Made by a program: the position numbers and the translations under genes. A DNA stretch of 64,000 bases, from the NCBI GenBank assembly GCA_937872925.1, contig CALMUT010000027.1:6763-70762 (forward strand). The letters run 5' to 3'. The notes beneath the pieces were generated by a model. The model made no database searches, was not told the origin of the DNA, and saw only the letters and a list, made by a program, of their open reading frames with translations. The stretch is from an uncultured Myxococcales bacterium (lineage in GTDB: Bacteria; Myxococcota_A; Polyangia; Polyangiales; Polyangiaceae). This document shows positions 56,051 through 64,000 of the stretch, in pieces (positions within the stretch are counted from its first letter, which is position 1; each line of letters opens with the position of its first letter).

Positions 56051-57405
56051 CGAAGTCGTCCGACGGCGGTCATGCCCACGGCGGTCATGCCCACGGGGGG
56101 CATGCCCACGGCGGCCCTGCCCCCCGCGGCCATGCCCACGGCGGCCATGCCCACGGTGACGACGCCAAGGCCCCCGCCCCAGCGCCGCGCCCGGAACTGA
56201 GCGCAGGCTCGGGCCGGGGCAAATGGATCCATTTTGACGCCCCCAGCGGGATCGCGGGCGATATGACCGTGGCTGCGCTCCTGGATCTGGGGGTCCCGCT
56301 ATCGGTGGTTGAAGCTGCCGTCGCCGCCGTTGGTATCCCCGGAGTGAGTGTGCAGGCTCAAGGCGTGTTTCGTGGTGCCATCGCAGCCACGTCCTTCGTG
56401 GTGCATCCGACCCCCGAAGATCGCGAGCGGACCCTCGGGGAAATTCTTGCCTTGCTGGATGCTTCGGGACTCGAAGCTGGGGTTCGCGATCTTTCCAAGC
56501 GCATCTTCATGCGACTCGGTCGTGCCGAGGCAAAGGTGCATCGCATCGCCCTGATGGACGTCGCGTTCCACGAAGTCGGTGCTGTGGACGCGATCGTGGA
56601 CATCGTGGGTGCCGCGGCCTGCATTGACTATCTGGGTGCAGAGATTTCAGCGTCGCCCTTGCCGGTGGGCCGCGGGTTCGTCGAGTGCCGTCATGGGATC
56701 CTGCCCCTGCCTGCGCCGGCGACCCTGGAGTGCCTGACCGGCGTGCCGACCTACGACGGTGGCATTGACGCCGAACTTGTTACGCCGACGGGCGCTGCCA
56801 TCATCTCAACAGTAGCTCGTGAGTTTTGCCGCTTTCCAAGCTGGACGCCGGAGGCGATTGGCTGGGGAGCTGGCACCCGAAAGCTCGCCGACCGCCCGAA
56901 CGCTCTGCGTGCGATCCTGGGATTTCGCGGCACGGAGCCTCACGTGAACCCGGGAACACACGCGGTGCTTGAGGCGAATATGGACGACGCCACTGGCGAG
57001 GTCATTGGCCATGCCGTTGAAGTCTTGCTCGCGGCTGGCGCACTCGACGTGTGGATCAATTCTGTGACCATGAAGAAGGGGCGCCCAGGTTTGGTTCTGC
57101 ACGCGCTGGCGCCTTTCGAGGAGGCAGAATCCGTTGCCGCCACGATGCTTCGGGAAACCCCCAGCATCGGTGTGCGTTGGAGTGCCTATTCCCGCTTGGA
57201 ACGGCCCCGCCGGCAGATCCAGGTCACGACGCCATTCGGGGACGTGCCCGTAAAGGTCAGTTCGGGTCCTTTCGGGCCCGCCGAGATCAAACCTGAGTTC
57301 GATCGCTGCGCCGAACTCGCAGCAGCCTCAGGGGTTCCGGTACGCAGCGTGATCCAAAGCGCATTCGATGCTGCCATTGCTGCCGTGGGTGCGGACTCGG
57401 ATTAG
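56047..57405 (+). CDS. larC: nickel insertion protein LarC (DUF111) with N-terminal His-rich repeat
   Basis: FDAPSGIAGDMTVAALLDLGVP, FHEVGAVDAIVDIVG, MKKGRPG. Overlaps larB by 4 nt. Confidence 0.85.
   Translation: MTKSSDGGHAHGGHAHGGHAHGGPAPRGHAHGGHAHGDDAKAPAPAPRPELSAGSGRGKWIHFDAPSGIAGDMTVAALLDLGVPLSVVEAAVAAVGIPGVSVQAQGVFRGAIAATSFVVHPTPEDRERTLGEILALLDASGLEAGVRDLSKRIFMRLGRAEAKVHRIALMDVAFHEVGAVDAIVDIVGAAACIDYLGAEISASPLPVGRGFVECRHGILPLPAPATLECLTGVPTYDGGIDAELVTPTGAAIISTVAREFCRFPSWTPEAIGWGAGTRKLADRPNALRAILGFRGTEPHVNPGTHAVLEANMDDATGEVIGHAVEVLLAAGALDVWINSVTMKKGRPGLVLHALAPFEEAESVAATMLRETPSIGVRWSAYSRLERPRRQIQVTTPFGDVPVKVSSGPFGPAEIKPEFDRCAELAAASGVPVRSVIQSAFDAAIAAVGADSD
56071..56160 (+). repeat. six tandem 15-nt units (one degenerate) encoding HAHGG repeats
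   Basis: catgcccacggcggt-type unit at 56071, 56086, 56101, (56116 degenerate), 56131 and 56146. It encodes GGHAHGGHAHGGHAHGG...GHAHGGHAHG. Confidence 0.9.
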
Positions 57406-58061
57406 TCCGGGCGGTCAACGGGTAGCCCTGCGGCTTCCCAGGACAGGACTCCGCCTTCTAGGAACGATACGGGCACGCCTTGGGTGGCGAGTTCTGCTGC
57501 GAGATCTTTGGTTCGGTCACCCGCACGGCAATAGACGACCGGCGAGCCGGGCAGCATGTGCAGCTCTGCGAGCCGGGTCGGAACCTCCGTCAACGGGATG
57601 TTGATGGCACTCGGAAGGTGCGCTCGGGCAAAAACCTCTTTGTCACGGGTATCCACGAGGCTGATCTGTTGCCGCGTCAGCAAGACTGCGACTTCCTCGG
57701 CCTTGAGTGCTCCCTGGGCGCGCGGCAGGTACGGCTCTAGAAGCTGGCGTAACTCCATCCGCTTGAGCGCACCGACGCGCCCACCGACGGGACGCCCCTG
57801 GTGAAACACAGCGAAGGTCGGCACCGACTGTACCCCGAGCTCGCGCGCGAGCATCGGAGAGCGGTCGATATCCACCTGCACGATCTTGGCCTTGCCCGAC
57901 AGATCTTCGGAAAGCGCTGCGAGTTCCGGCGCAACGGTCTTGCACGGGGCACACCACTCTGCGCCGAACTCCACGAGCACGGGTAGCTCGCTCATCAGGA
58001 CTTCTTGTTCGAAATTTTTCTCTGAGACCGGGATTACCGCCATGGACTTGCTCCAATGCAT
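57402..58061 (-). CDS. thioredoxin-rhodanese fusion protein
   Basis: N-terminal VLVEFGAEWCAPCK (WCxPC thioredoxin site). C-terminal rhodanese with VVYCRAGDRT active-site loop. Its stop codon overlaps the convergent larC stop. Confidence 0.85.
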   Translation of the reverse strand: MHWSKSMAVIPVSEKNFEQEVLMSELPVLVEFGAEWCAPCKTVAPELAALSEDLSGKAKIVQVDIDRSPMLARELGVQSVPTFAVFHQGRPVGGRVGALKRMELRQLLEPYLPRAQGALKAEEVAVLLTRQQISLVDTRDKEVFARAHLPSAINIPLTEVPTRLAELHMLPGSPVVYCRAGDRTKDLAAELATQGVPVSFLEGGVLSWEAAGLPVDRPD

Positions 58062-58088
58062 GCGTATAGCGCGAACGTCGCCGTTTCG

Positions 58089-58850
58089 TCACCCGCGTCG
58101 ACTTGCCATGCGGAGATCCGGGCGTAGTGGGTCACTGGACTCCACGCTCGATTCTGCAACGGTGCATAGCGCCCAAGTGACGGTCACCAGGGCAATACCC
58201 GCCAGCAGCGCCGCGCCCGCAGGGCTGGGCTGGGCTGGGCTCAAGGCCGTCCCCCAAGATACCCAGGCCGATGGCTCCCGCAAGCCGACGAAGGAGGTCA
58301 TGGCCTCAATTCCGATCGCGTACGCCGCGGTCAACGAAACATTGACGGCGACTGGTCGCAGGCAGTGCGGCAGGACGTGGCGGAGAAGCGTGCGGGACGA
58401 TGACGCGCCCAGCGCCCGCGCGGCAAGGACGAAATCTTGGCAGGCCAGGCGGTGGATCTCTCCGCGTACGACCCGAGCCAGTTCGACTGCCCTGAGCAGA
58501 CCGAGGCAAACCCCAAGGGAGACCAGGGTGCCGCCGGCGGTCCAGCTGGCGACCACGCCGGCGAAGATGATGATGGGCAGCGTGCTGGTTACTTCCACTG
58601 CCCGGGCAAGCAGCGCATCCGCGCGCCGTCCGTACCAACCTGCCATGGCGCCAACGATCAGACCGATCGGGAGCGCGGTGAGCACAGTGAGCGCGGCCAA
58701 CCAAACCGCTGTGCGGGTTCCCGACAGCGTGATGCCCACAGCGCCAACCGCCTCGGTGCCCATGACTGCAGCGCCGCCGGCGATCCCGACGAAGGCCAGC
58801 AGTATCGCAGCCGCAACGCGGGTTCGGAGTGACCACGAGCGCCGCGTCAT
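58089..58850 (-). CDS. ABC transporter permease, DppC/OppC-like
   Basis: Six-TM BPD-transport-type protein. Overlaps the upstream permease gene by 4 nt. Confidence 0.7.
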   Translation of the reverse strand: MTRRSWSLRTRVAAAILLAFVGIAGGAAVMGTEAVGAVGITLSGTRTAVWLAALTVLTALPIGLIVGAMAGWYGRRADALLARAVEVTSTLPIIIFAGVVASWTAGGTLVSLGVCLGLLRAVELARVVRGEIHRLACQDFVLAARALGASSSRTLLRHVLPHCLRPVAVNVSLTAAYAIGIEAMTSFVGLREPSAWVSWGTALSPAQPSPAGAALLAGIALVTVTWALCTVAESSVESSDPLRPDLRMASRRG

Positions 58851-60307
58851 TGCTGCACCGCTTCTTCACCCGCATCGCGCAACCGTGGGTCCAATCGAGC
58901 CAGCGCTAGGTCGCTCGTTATCTGCAGCAGTGCTGCGAAAGCCATGATTCCCAGGCCGACGGCCATGAGCCAGGTCGTGTCGCCCACGCGGACCGCCTCA
59001 ATCGTGACGGAGCCGAGGCCGTCCAAGGACAGGGCGTGTTCCACCACGAAGGCAAGCGAGAGCAGCGTCGGCATGTCCCGTCCGAGCAGTGAAAGCAGGG
59101 CACTGCTCGCGTTTCGGCTGGACAGCCGCGCGACGGAAAGCTCCGAGTGGCCAAAAGCGCGGCGGGTGCGCGCCGCGTCTTGGGCCAGTTCGTTGCGTAG
59201 GGAAAGCCGTTGGTAGCGCAGCAACAAGGCCGACGTGGCCAGCGTCATCACGAGTAGTCCGACGCAGAACCGCAAGGACTCAGTTGCGTGGGCCGCACCT
59301 CCGGCGAACACGGCGCAAGGCAGCGCGACTACCATCAACGCGCCCGGGGAGAAGTAGCGATCCACTCGCGCATTCGCGGCGACTGCCATCGCGGCAAGGA
59401 AAGCACCCGCGTAACCGAAGAGAATCGCGAGCCAGGCGAGGGCGAGGGTCAGGGGCGCGCGACTTGCGAGCACGTCGAGGACGGACTGCCCACGGCTATT
59501 GGCGCCCAGGCGGGCGTACACGGCGTTCTCAGCCCATCGCCCGAACTCGGTTTCGGTCAGCATCGCCAAGACCCGTTCCGGGCCGTCCAGCGCCACATAG
59601 TCCAAGCGATGCTCCCGCCACCATTGACGCCACACCAAGCGCAGCGAACGCGCCTCGTCCAAGCTGGCGTCGGGTTTGATGGTCCAGGGCTGGCCGGTGA
59701 TATGAGCCAGCAGGGGCGTCACCCGCGCCATTTGTTCCACGTGTTCTTGAGCTCGAATGTTCGGCAGCGCGGCGATGAGTTCCGCCAGCGCGTACGTGTC
59801 GAGGCCGATCACGTCGTCGCGTCTTCCTTCGCTGGCACGCTGCGCGATGCGGCGCACCGCACGTTTTGCCACTCCAGGACGGAAGTCGATGGAGCGATCT
59901 TGCCAAAAGCGGTTCCAGAAGAGGACTGCCGTTTCCGGGTGTTTGAGTTCTTCGCGGGAGCCGAGGCCGATCCGGTATGCGATCGGTGTCAGGGCGAGGG
60001 CGACCCGAGCCCGTTGGTTCGGTGGCAGGGCATCGAGCTCTGGCAGCACATGCGGCAACGCCGCCCCGCCGATTTTCTCGAGCCTCCGCGCCGCGGCGTC
60101 TGCATCCGGTCCCCCCGCTGCGATCCGGGCAGTCAGCGCTTGGGTGGTCTGGCGCACGGAGACCGGGTCAGGTTGAAAAAAACGCGGTAGTGGCGCTCGC
60201 CCCTGCGTCGGGTGGTGTTTTCCGTGGGAGAGAAAGGCAAACAAGAGCGCTGACATCAGCACGAGGGTCGGGCCGATCCACAGGACGCGCCTGAGGGCAT
60301 GCCGCAT
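58847..60307 (-). CDS. ABC transporter permease, DppB/OppB-like, with ~250-aa insertion after TM1
   Basis: N-terminal RRVLWIGPTLVLMSALLFAFL and C-terminal VVEHALSLDGLGSVTIEAV...LARLDPRLR match the DppB-type ends. Long helical (HEAT-like) insert between TM1 and TM2. Confidence 0.65.
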   Translation of the reverse strand: MRHALRRVLWIGPTLVLMSALLFAFLSHGKHHPTQGRAPLPRFFQPDPVSVRQTTQALTARIAAGGPDADAAARRLEKIGGAALPHVLPELDALPPNQRARVALALTPIAYRIGLGSREELKHPETAVLFWNRFWQDRSIDFRPGVAKRAVRRIAQRASEGRRDDVIGLDTYALAELIAALPNIRAQEHVEQMARVTPLLAHITGQPWTIKPDASLDEARSLRLVWRQWWREHRLDYVALDGPERVLAMLTETEFGRWAENAVYARLGANSRGQSVLDVLASRAPLTLALAWLAILFGYAGAFLAAMAVAANARVDRYFSPGALMVVALPCAVFAGGAAHATESLRFCVGLLVMTLATSALLLRYQRLSLRNELAQDAARTRRAFGHSELSVARLSSRNASSALLSLLGRDMPTLLSLAFVVEHALSLDGLGSVTIEAVRVGDTTWLMAVGLGIMAFAALLQITSDLALARLDPRLRDAGEEAVQQ

Positions 60308-60311
60308 CAGC

Positions 60312-61559
60312 TCAACGCAGAAACACGAAGCCTGTAACCGCGACCACGAGCAGCACGCCTAGCACTGTGAGTCCGACGACATGGGGCGGCCATCCGGTGG
60401 TCGGGATGTCCACGGGCTCGTCGTCCTGCGCGAATACCGGCGGCGGTGTGGAGGGTACGGCACGGCCTCGGTTGGCGTCAGCATCTTCCGCTGCGTCGTC
60501 TAGGACGGGGCTCGTCATGCCCATCATCGTGTGTCCGACGCGAAGCGAACGGGACTCCCGAGCGGCCTCGTCGCTCATATCTGGCGTGAGCACATCATGG
60601 GTCTGCACGGCCTGGGCGCGCATGGTGGAGTCGGCTGACGCGGCTTCGGAAAGCGCGTACTTCTTGTACGTGAGGGTGTCGTCGGCGGTCGCTTCGGGCA
60701 GGCTATCGCCTTCGAAGCGCGCGACGATCACGGTGATGTTGTCATGGCCCCCCGCGAGATTCGCTCGCTCGGTCAGCACTTTGCACGCCTCAAGAGGATC
60801 CGAGACCGAGACCAAGACTTCGCGAATTTCGTCTGCCCGGATCATTCCGGAGAGCCCGTCCGAGCACACCAGCAGGGTGTCGCCCTGCCTGAGTTCCACA
60901 TGTGTCAGATCGACCTGGACCGTATCGGCCGTGCCCAGCGCCTGCAGGATGATGTTGTTGTGCTCGAAGGTCTCGGCCTCTTCCTCGGTCAGCTGCCCGG
61001 CTTCGATCAACTGGTTTACCAGGGACTGGTCGCGGGTGACCTGTACGAGCTTTTCCCCGCGAAGGATGTACGCTCGACTGTCGCCCACTTGAGCGAGGAA
61101 TAAGGTCTGATCCAGAAGTGCCGCAACCGTCGCGGTCGTTCCCATGCCGCGCCGGGTACGGTCGGCGCGCGCTTCGTTGAAGATGCGTACGCCCGCGTCC
61201 TCGACGGCACGCACCAGGCGCCGCGCGAGATCATCCCGCTCAAGGGGGGGCTCCCCCTCCGTGAGACGCTCATAGATGATGTCGACGGCGAGTTGGCTTG
61301 CGACTTCGCCAGCAGCCGCGCCGCCCATGCCGTCGCAAACGCCCAGCGCCGTTCCGCGGCGACCGACCGTCTGCATGCGGTCGCCTTCCATGAGGCTCCG
61401 GGATTTCCGGGACAAGTCCGCAACGAGGAAGTTGTCTTCGTTGTGTTCTCGGATCTGTCCGACATCGGTCCGACCAAATACGAGCATGCGAATTCCGGCC
61501 TCTGCGGATTCAGCAGTCCCGTTGGGGTCGGCGGAGTCGTCCTTTTCGTCGTCGCTCAT
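60312..61559 (-). CDS. PP2C-family Ser/Thr phosphatase with C-terminal TM anchor
   Basis: GRTDVGQIREHNEDNF, CDGMGGAAAGEVAS, GTTATVA, VGDSRAY, CSDGLSGMI, GGHDNITVIV. C-terminal VVGLTVLGVLLVVAVTGFVFL. Confidence 0.9.
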   Translation of the reverse strand: MSDDEKDDSADPNGTAESAEAGIRMLVFGRTDVGQIREHNEDNFLVADLSRKSRSLMEGDRMQTVGRRGTALGVCDGMGGAAAGEVASQLAVDIIYERLTEGEPPLERDDLARRLVRAVEDAGVRIFNEARADRTRRGMGTTATVAALLDQTLFLAQVGDSRAYILRGEKLVQVTRDQSLVNQLIEAGQLTEEEAETFEHNNIILQALGTADTVQVDLTHVELRQGDTLLVCSDGLSGMIRADEIREVLVSVSDPLEACKVLTERANLAGGHDNITVIVARFEGDSLPEATADDTLTYKKYALSEAASADSTMRAQAVQTHDVLTPDMSDEAARESRSLRVGHTMMGMTSPVLDDAAEDADANRGRAVPSTPPPVFAQDDEPVDIPTTGWPPHVVGLTVLGVLLVVAVTGFVFLR

Positions 61560-61560
61560 T

Positions 61561-62842
61561 TCACACTCGAGCGCCCGGTTGGAGTTCTATCCGGAACAGA
61601 TGTTGCCCGATTCGCACGTGGTCCCCATCCTCTAGAGCACGCTCTTGGCGCAGTGCCAAGAAGGTCCCGTTGGAAGAGCCCAAATCCCGCAGTGAAAAGC
61701 TCGCGCTCTCCACGTTCCGAGTAATGCTTGCGTGGCGGCGGCTCATGAAAGGGTCTGCTGTAAACACGATGTCACCGTTTTCCCGGCCGATGACGGTTTC
61801 CTCGCGGCAGACGTAGTAGATATCACGTCCGACGCCCTCAACGGTGTGCTGCCGTAGCCGTGCGAAGCGAGGAGTCGCCGGGGACCCAAAAACGTGGGTT
61901 CCCTGATCAACGGCCGGCCCGAAGCCCTTCTCGGCGTCGTTCACGACCTCGAACCTTAACACCTCCAGGCCTACTAACACCAAGTCCCCATGCTCCAGGG
62001 CCGCCGGCCCGCGGAGCCGAAGGTAGACGCCGTTGGTCGACCCCAAATCTCGCAGATAATAGCGGCCATTTCTGGCGGTGATGCGCGCGTGCAGAGGAGA
62101 GACGTAGGGGTCGTTGGGCAGCTGGATCTGGCCGCCCTCGCGCCCGATGTCTGACTGGTCGGCGGCCAAGGCGTATTCTCGGCCCGGCGAGCCGTCCTGA
62201 GCAATGACCACCAAGCGGGCGGCGGGGGCGGCCTGGGGCGGGGGGGCGCAGCGCCCGGTGACTTGCGGACGCCCTTTCCGCAACCTCGCGTTCCGGACGA
62301 TGCACTTCGGGCACCGGGTTGTGCGCCGGAGCAGGCGCGGGGGCTGCCACCGCGGGTCCACCTGCTCGGCCGCCACCCGTTTCGGGCTGGGCGGGATCAC
62401 CCAGGCGCGCGCCGCAGTATTGGCAATAAGCCATATGCGGTTCGTTCTTGCCCCGACACCGGCCGCATACGATGTCCGTCTGGGCCGGTTGGGGGGCCGC
62501 GACGCCGACCACGGGTGCGCCCGCCACTGCTGCGGCGCCGCCGCCCGCGTCCGCGGCGCCCACCGCCACACCGCATTCCGCGCAGAAGCGCGCTTCGCTT
62601 GGATTCTGCGCCCCGCACCGCGTGCACGAGATCTCTTGGTCCGCGGGCTTTGGCGCAAAGTTGAAAGCGGGTGCTTGTGGGCGCGGACGCGGCGCATCAC
62701 CGCCCGCGTCCGCTACCAATGCGCGCGGTGGAGTCGCGACGGCGGCGGGCGCCGGCGCCTGCAGCCGATTGCCGCAGTCCTGGCAGAACCTCAGGTCCCC
62801 GGGGTTGTCCCGGCCGCAACGGTCACACTTCACGGAGCGCAA
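61561..62842 (-). pseudogene. triple zinc-ribbon + double FHA domain protein, reading frame interrupted (two track ORFs 61907-62842 and 61561-62700)
   Basis: Frame 1 from ATG 62842: CDRCGRDNPGDLRFCQDCG, CTRCGAQNPSEARFCAECG, CGRCRGKNEPHMAYCQYCG. Frame 2, ending at 61561: two FHA units (IGREGGQIQLPNDPYVSPLHARI...LRDLGSTNGVYL; IGRENGDIVFTADPFMSRRHASI...LRDLGSSNGTFL). A +1 shift is needed to join them. This could be a sequencing error, so the gene may be intact. Confidence 0.7.
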
Positions 62843-62879
62843 GAGGACCGCGCACGGCGAACCGAGTCAAGAGCAGTAT

Positions 62880-63539
62880 TTACCAGCGCGGCAGCGGGTC
62901 CCGGACCTCCAGGATCAGCTCCAGAAACGCCCCGTGAGCCATTCCGAAGCCAAGATAGCCGTCCGCCCTTCGCTGGCCGGCCGAATCTGTCCAACCCCGG
63001 AAGAAAAACGGCCGATATCCCGCTGCGACGCCAACCACGGCGGTTCGGCTGAGCTGGAGCTCCAAGCCGGCCCCCAGGGCAGCTGTCATTCCGCCGCTAT
63101 CTGCCCCCCATTCGCTGCCGTACAGGGCGGCCCCGACTGCGAAGGCGCCGTAGGGAGTGACCCGGGAGCCCTGATCCAGGTAGTAGCGGCTTTCGGCCCG
63201 CAACTGTTGGAGGATCGCCAGCCGCAGCAGGTTGGAGGACTCGTGCCGCGAGGCTTCGTACGCTCCCCCCACGTACCAACTGCCCCGCGCCCGGTAGCCC
63301 ACACGCACGCCGAGCCCGCCGCCAGAGCCGAAAATGCATGGCGCAACGGCTCCTTCGGGGCAGATGTTTCCGGCCGACGCGACGGTTTCGGCAGCGAACG
63401 CGACGCCGTACTGCAAATAGTCGAAACTGGATGAGGGGGGGGTCGCCGTTGCGTGGTCGCCGTCGGCGGCATTTGCCGGGTTGGCTCCCATGCCGATTGA
63501 CGCCGCCAGGGCTACCGCCGCGGTTCTCACGAAGCGCAC
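62880..63539 (-). CDS. outer-membrane beta-barrel protein
   Basis: Signal peptide MRFVRTAAVALAASIGMGANPANA. Gly/Tyr-rich alternating strands and a C-terminal aromatic residue (...PRW). Confidence 0.6.
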   Translation of the reverse strand: MRFVRTAAVALAASIGMGANPANAADGDHATATPPSSSFDYLQYGVAFAAETVASAGNICPEGAVAPCIFGSGGGLGVRVGYRARGSWYVGGAYEASRHESSNLLRLAILQQLRAESRYYLDQGSRVTPYGAFAVGAALYGSEWGADSGGMTAALGAGLELQLSRTAVVGVAAGYRPFFFRGWTDSAGQRRADGYLGFGMAHGAFLELILEVRDPLPRW

Positions 63540-63664
63540 CGTACTCTAACTATCCGACGAGCGCCCTCGTGCAGCGCCGTTTTCGGCGCAAAGGAGTCTG
63601 CCGGCGATCCTTGCCCGGATCCCGCTCAAATCCGGGGCCGGCACTGCGTCAGACGACGCCGGGC

Positions 63665-63692
63665 TTGACGGGGCGAACGCCATTCGTTTAAT
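63665..63692 (+). promoter_or_regulatory. candidate sigma-70-type promoter
   Basis: TTGACG (63665-63670), 16-nt spacer, TTTAAT (63687-63692), ~30 nt upstream of ATG 63722. Confidence 0.3.
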
Positions 63693-63721
63693 GGCGGTGC
63701 AAAACAAGGGCAAGAACTTCG

Positions 63722-64000
63722 ATGGACATTCACTTAGACCGGCGCGCCGTGCGCCACATCCGCCTTTCCGCTCAAGAGGCCGTCGATGAGGGGGACACCG
63801 AGTCGCTACGCGAGGACATTCTTGAAGCGTTCACCGAGGACCAGGTCGAGGAAATCGAGCGTCGCCTGGACAACGGCGATTTCTTCGAGTTCCTGACGGA
63901 CATCATCGACGAATGGGCAGGGGACGACGTCGACGAGTTGTTCGAACTGCTCGAAACACAACTCGGAGAAGTCGGGATCGATCTGAAGACCGATCAAAAA
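63722..64000 (+). CDS. acidic hypothetical protein, N-terminal fragment (runs off the window)
   Basis: Own translation: MDIHLDRRAVRHIRLSAQEAVDEGDTESLREDILEAFTEDQVEEIERRLDNGDFFEFLTDIIDEWAGDDVDELFELLETQLGEVGIDLKTDQK, open to the window end. The track ORF 63806-63997 on the minus strand is its shadow. Confidence 0.5.
   Translation, partial: MDIHLDRRAVRHIRLSAQEAVDEGDTESLREDILEAFTEDQVEEIERRLDNGDFFEFLTDIIDEWAGDDVDELFELLETQLGEVGIDLKTDQK

Noticed and set aside
63806-63997. 63-aa minus-strand ORF at the window end.
   Set aside because: The plus strand has an open, strongly acidic, protein-like frame from ATG 63722 to the window edge with a plausible promoter. The minus ORF is its antisense shadow.

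Overview
This is a very GC-rich, densely coding chromosomal segment with about 60 protein genes and very little non-coding DNA. I saw no rRNA, tRNA, CRISPR array, transposase, integrase or phage gene.

The gene content points to a myxobacterium (Myxococcota), though the taxon call is inference. It includes two Hanks-type Ser/Thr kinases, a zinc-ribbon/FHA protein, a PP2C phosphatase, a FimT-PilV-PilW-PilX-PilY1 minor-pilin operon, many lipoproteins and a TPR/PEGA protein.

Housekeeping backbone: aspartokinase (partial), argG, xthA, gpmI, gcvT-gcvH-gcvPA, two acyl-CoA dehydrogenases, a MaoC dehydratase, two parvulins, scpA-scpB, pmbA and larB-larC.

Loci I consider most worth follow-up:
- A tightly coupled six-gene operon (57.4-63.5 kb): OMP, zinc-ribbon/FHA/FHA, PP2C, two ABC permeases with no ATPase or binding protein, and a thioredoxin-rhodanese fusion. 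Its FHA gene shows a frame discontinuity.
- A kinase-linked lipoprotein built from four 8-cysteine repeat modules (27.5-28.6 kb).
- An orphan SctT/FliR-type export-gate gene with none of its partners (45.2-45.9 kb).
- OxyR divergent from a rubrerythrin / HdrD-like Fe-S protein / DUF3501 module (18.8-22.5 kb).
- A PHM/DBH-like copper-monooxygenase lipoprotein beside the PilY1 operon.
- A split ACAD10/11-type kinase + dehydrogenase pair.
- Relic genes: an E2 acyltransferase tail and a degenerate M50 protease.

All family assignments come from motif recognition by eye on the supplied translations or my own translation. No searches were run.
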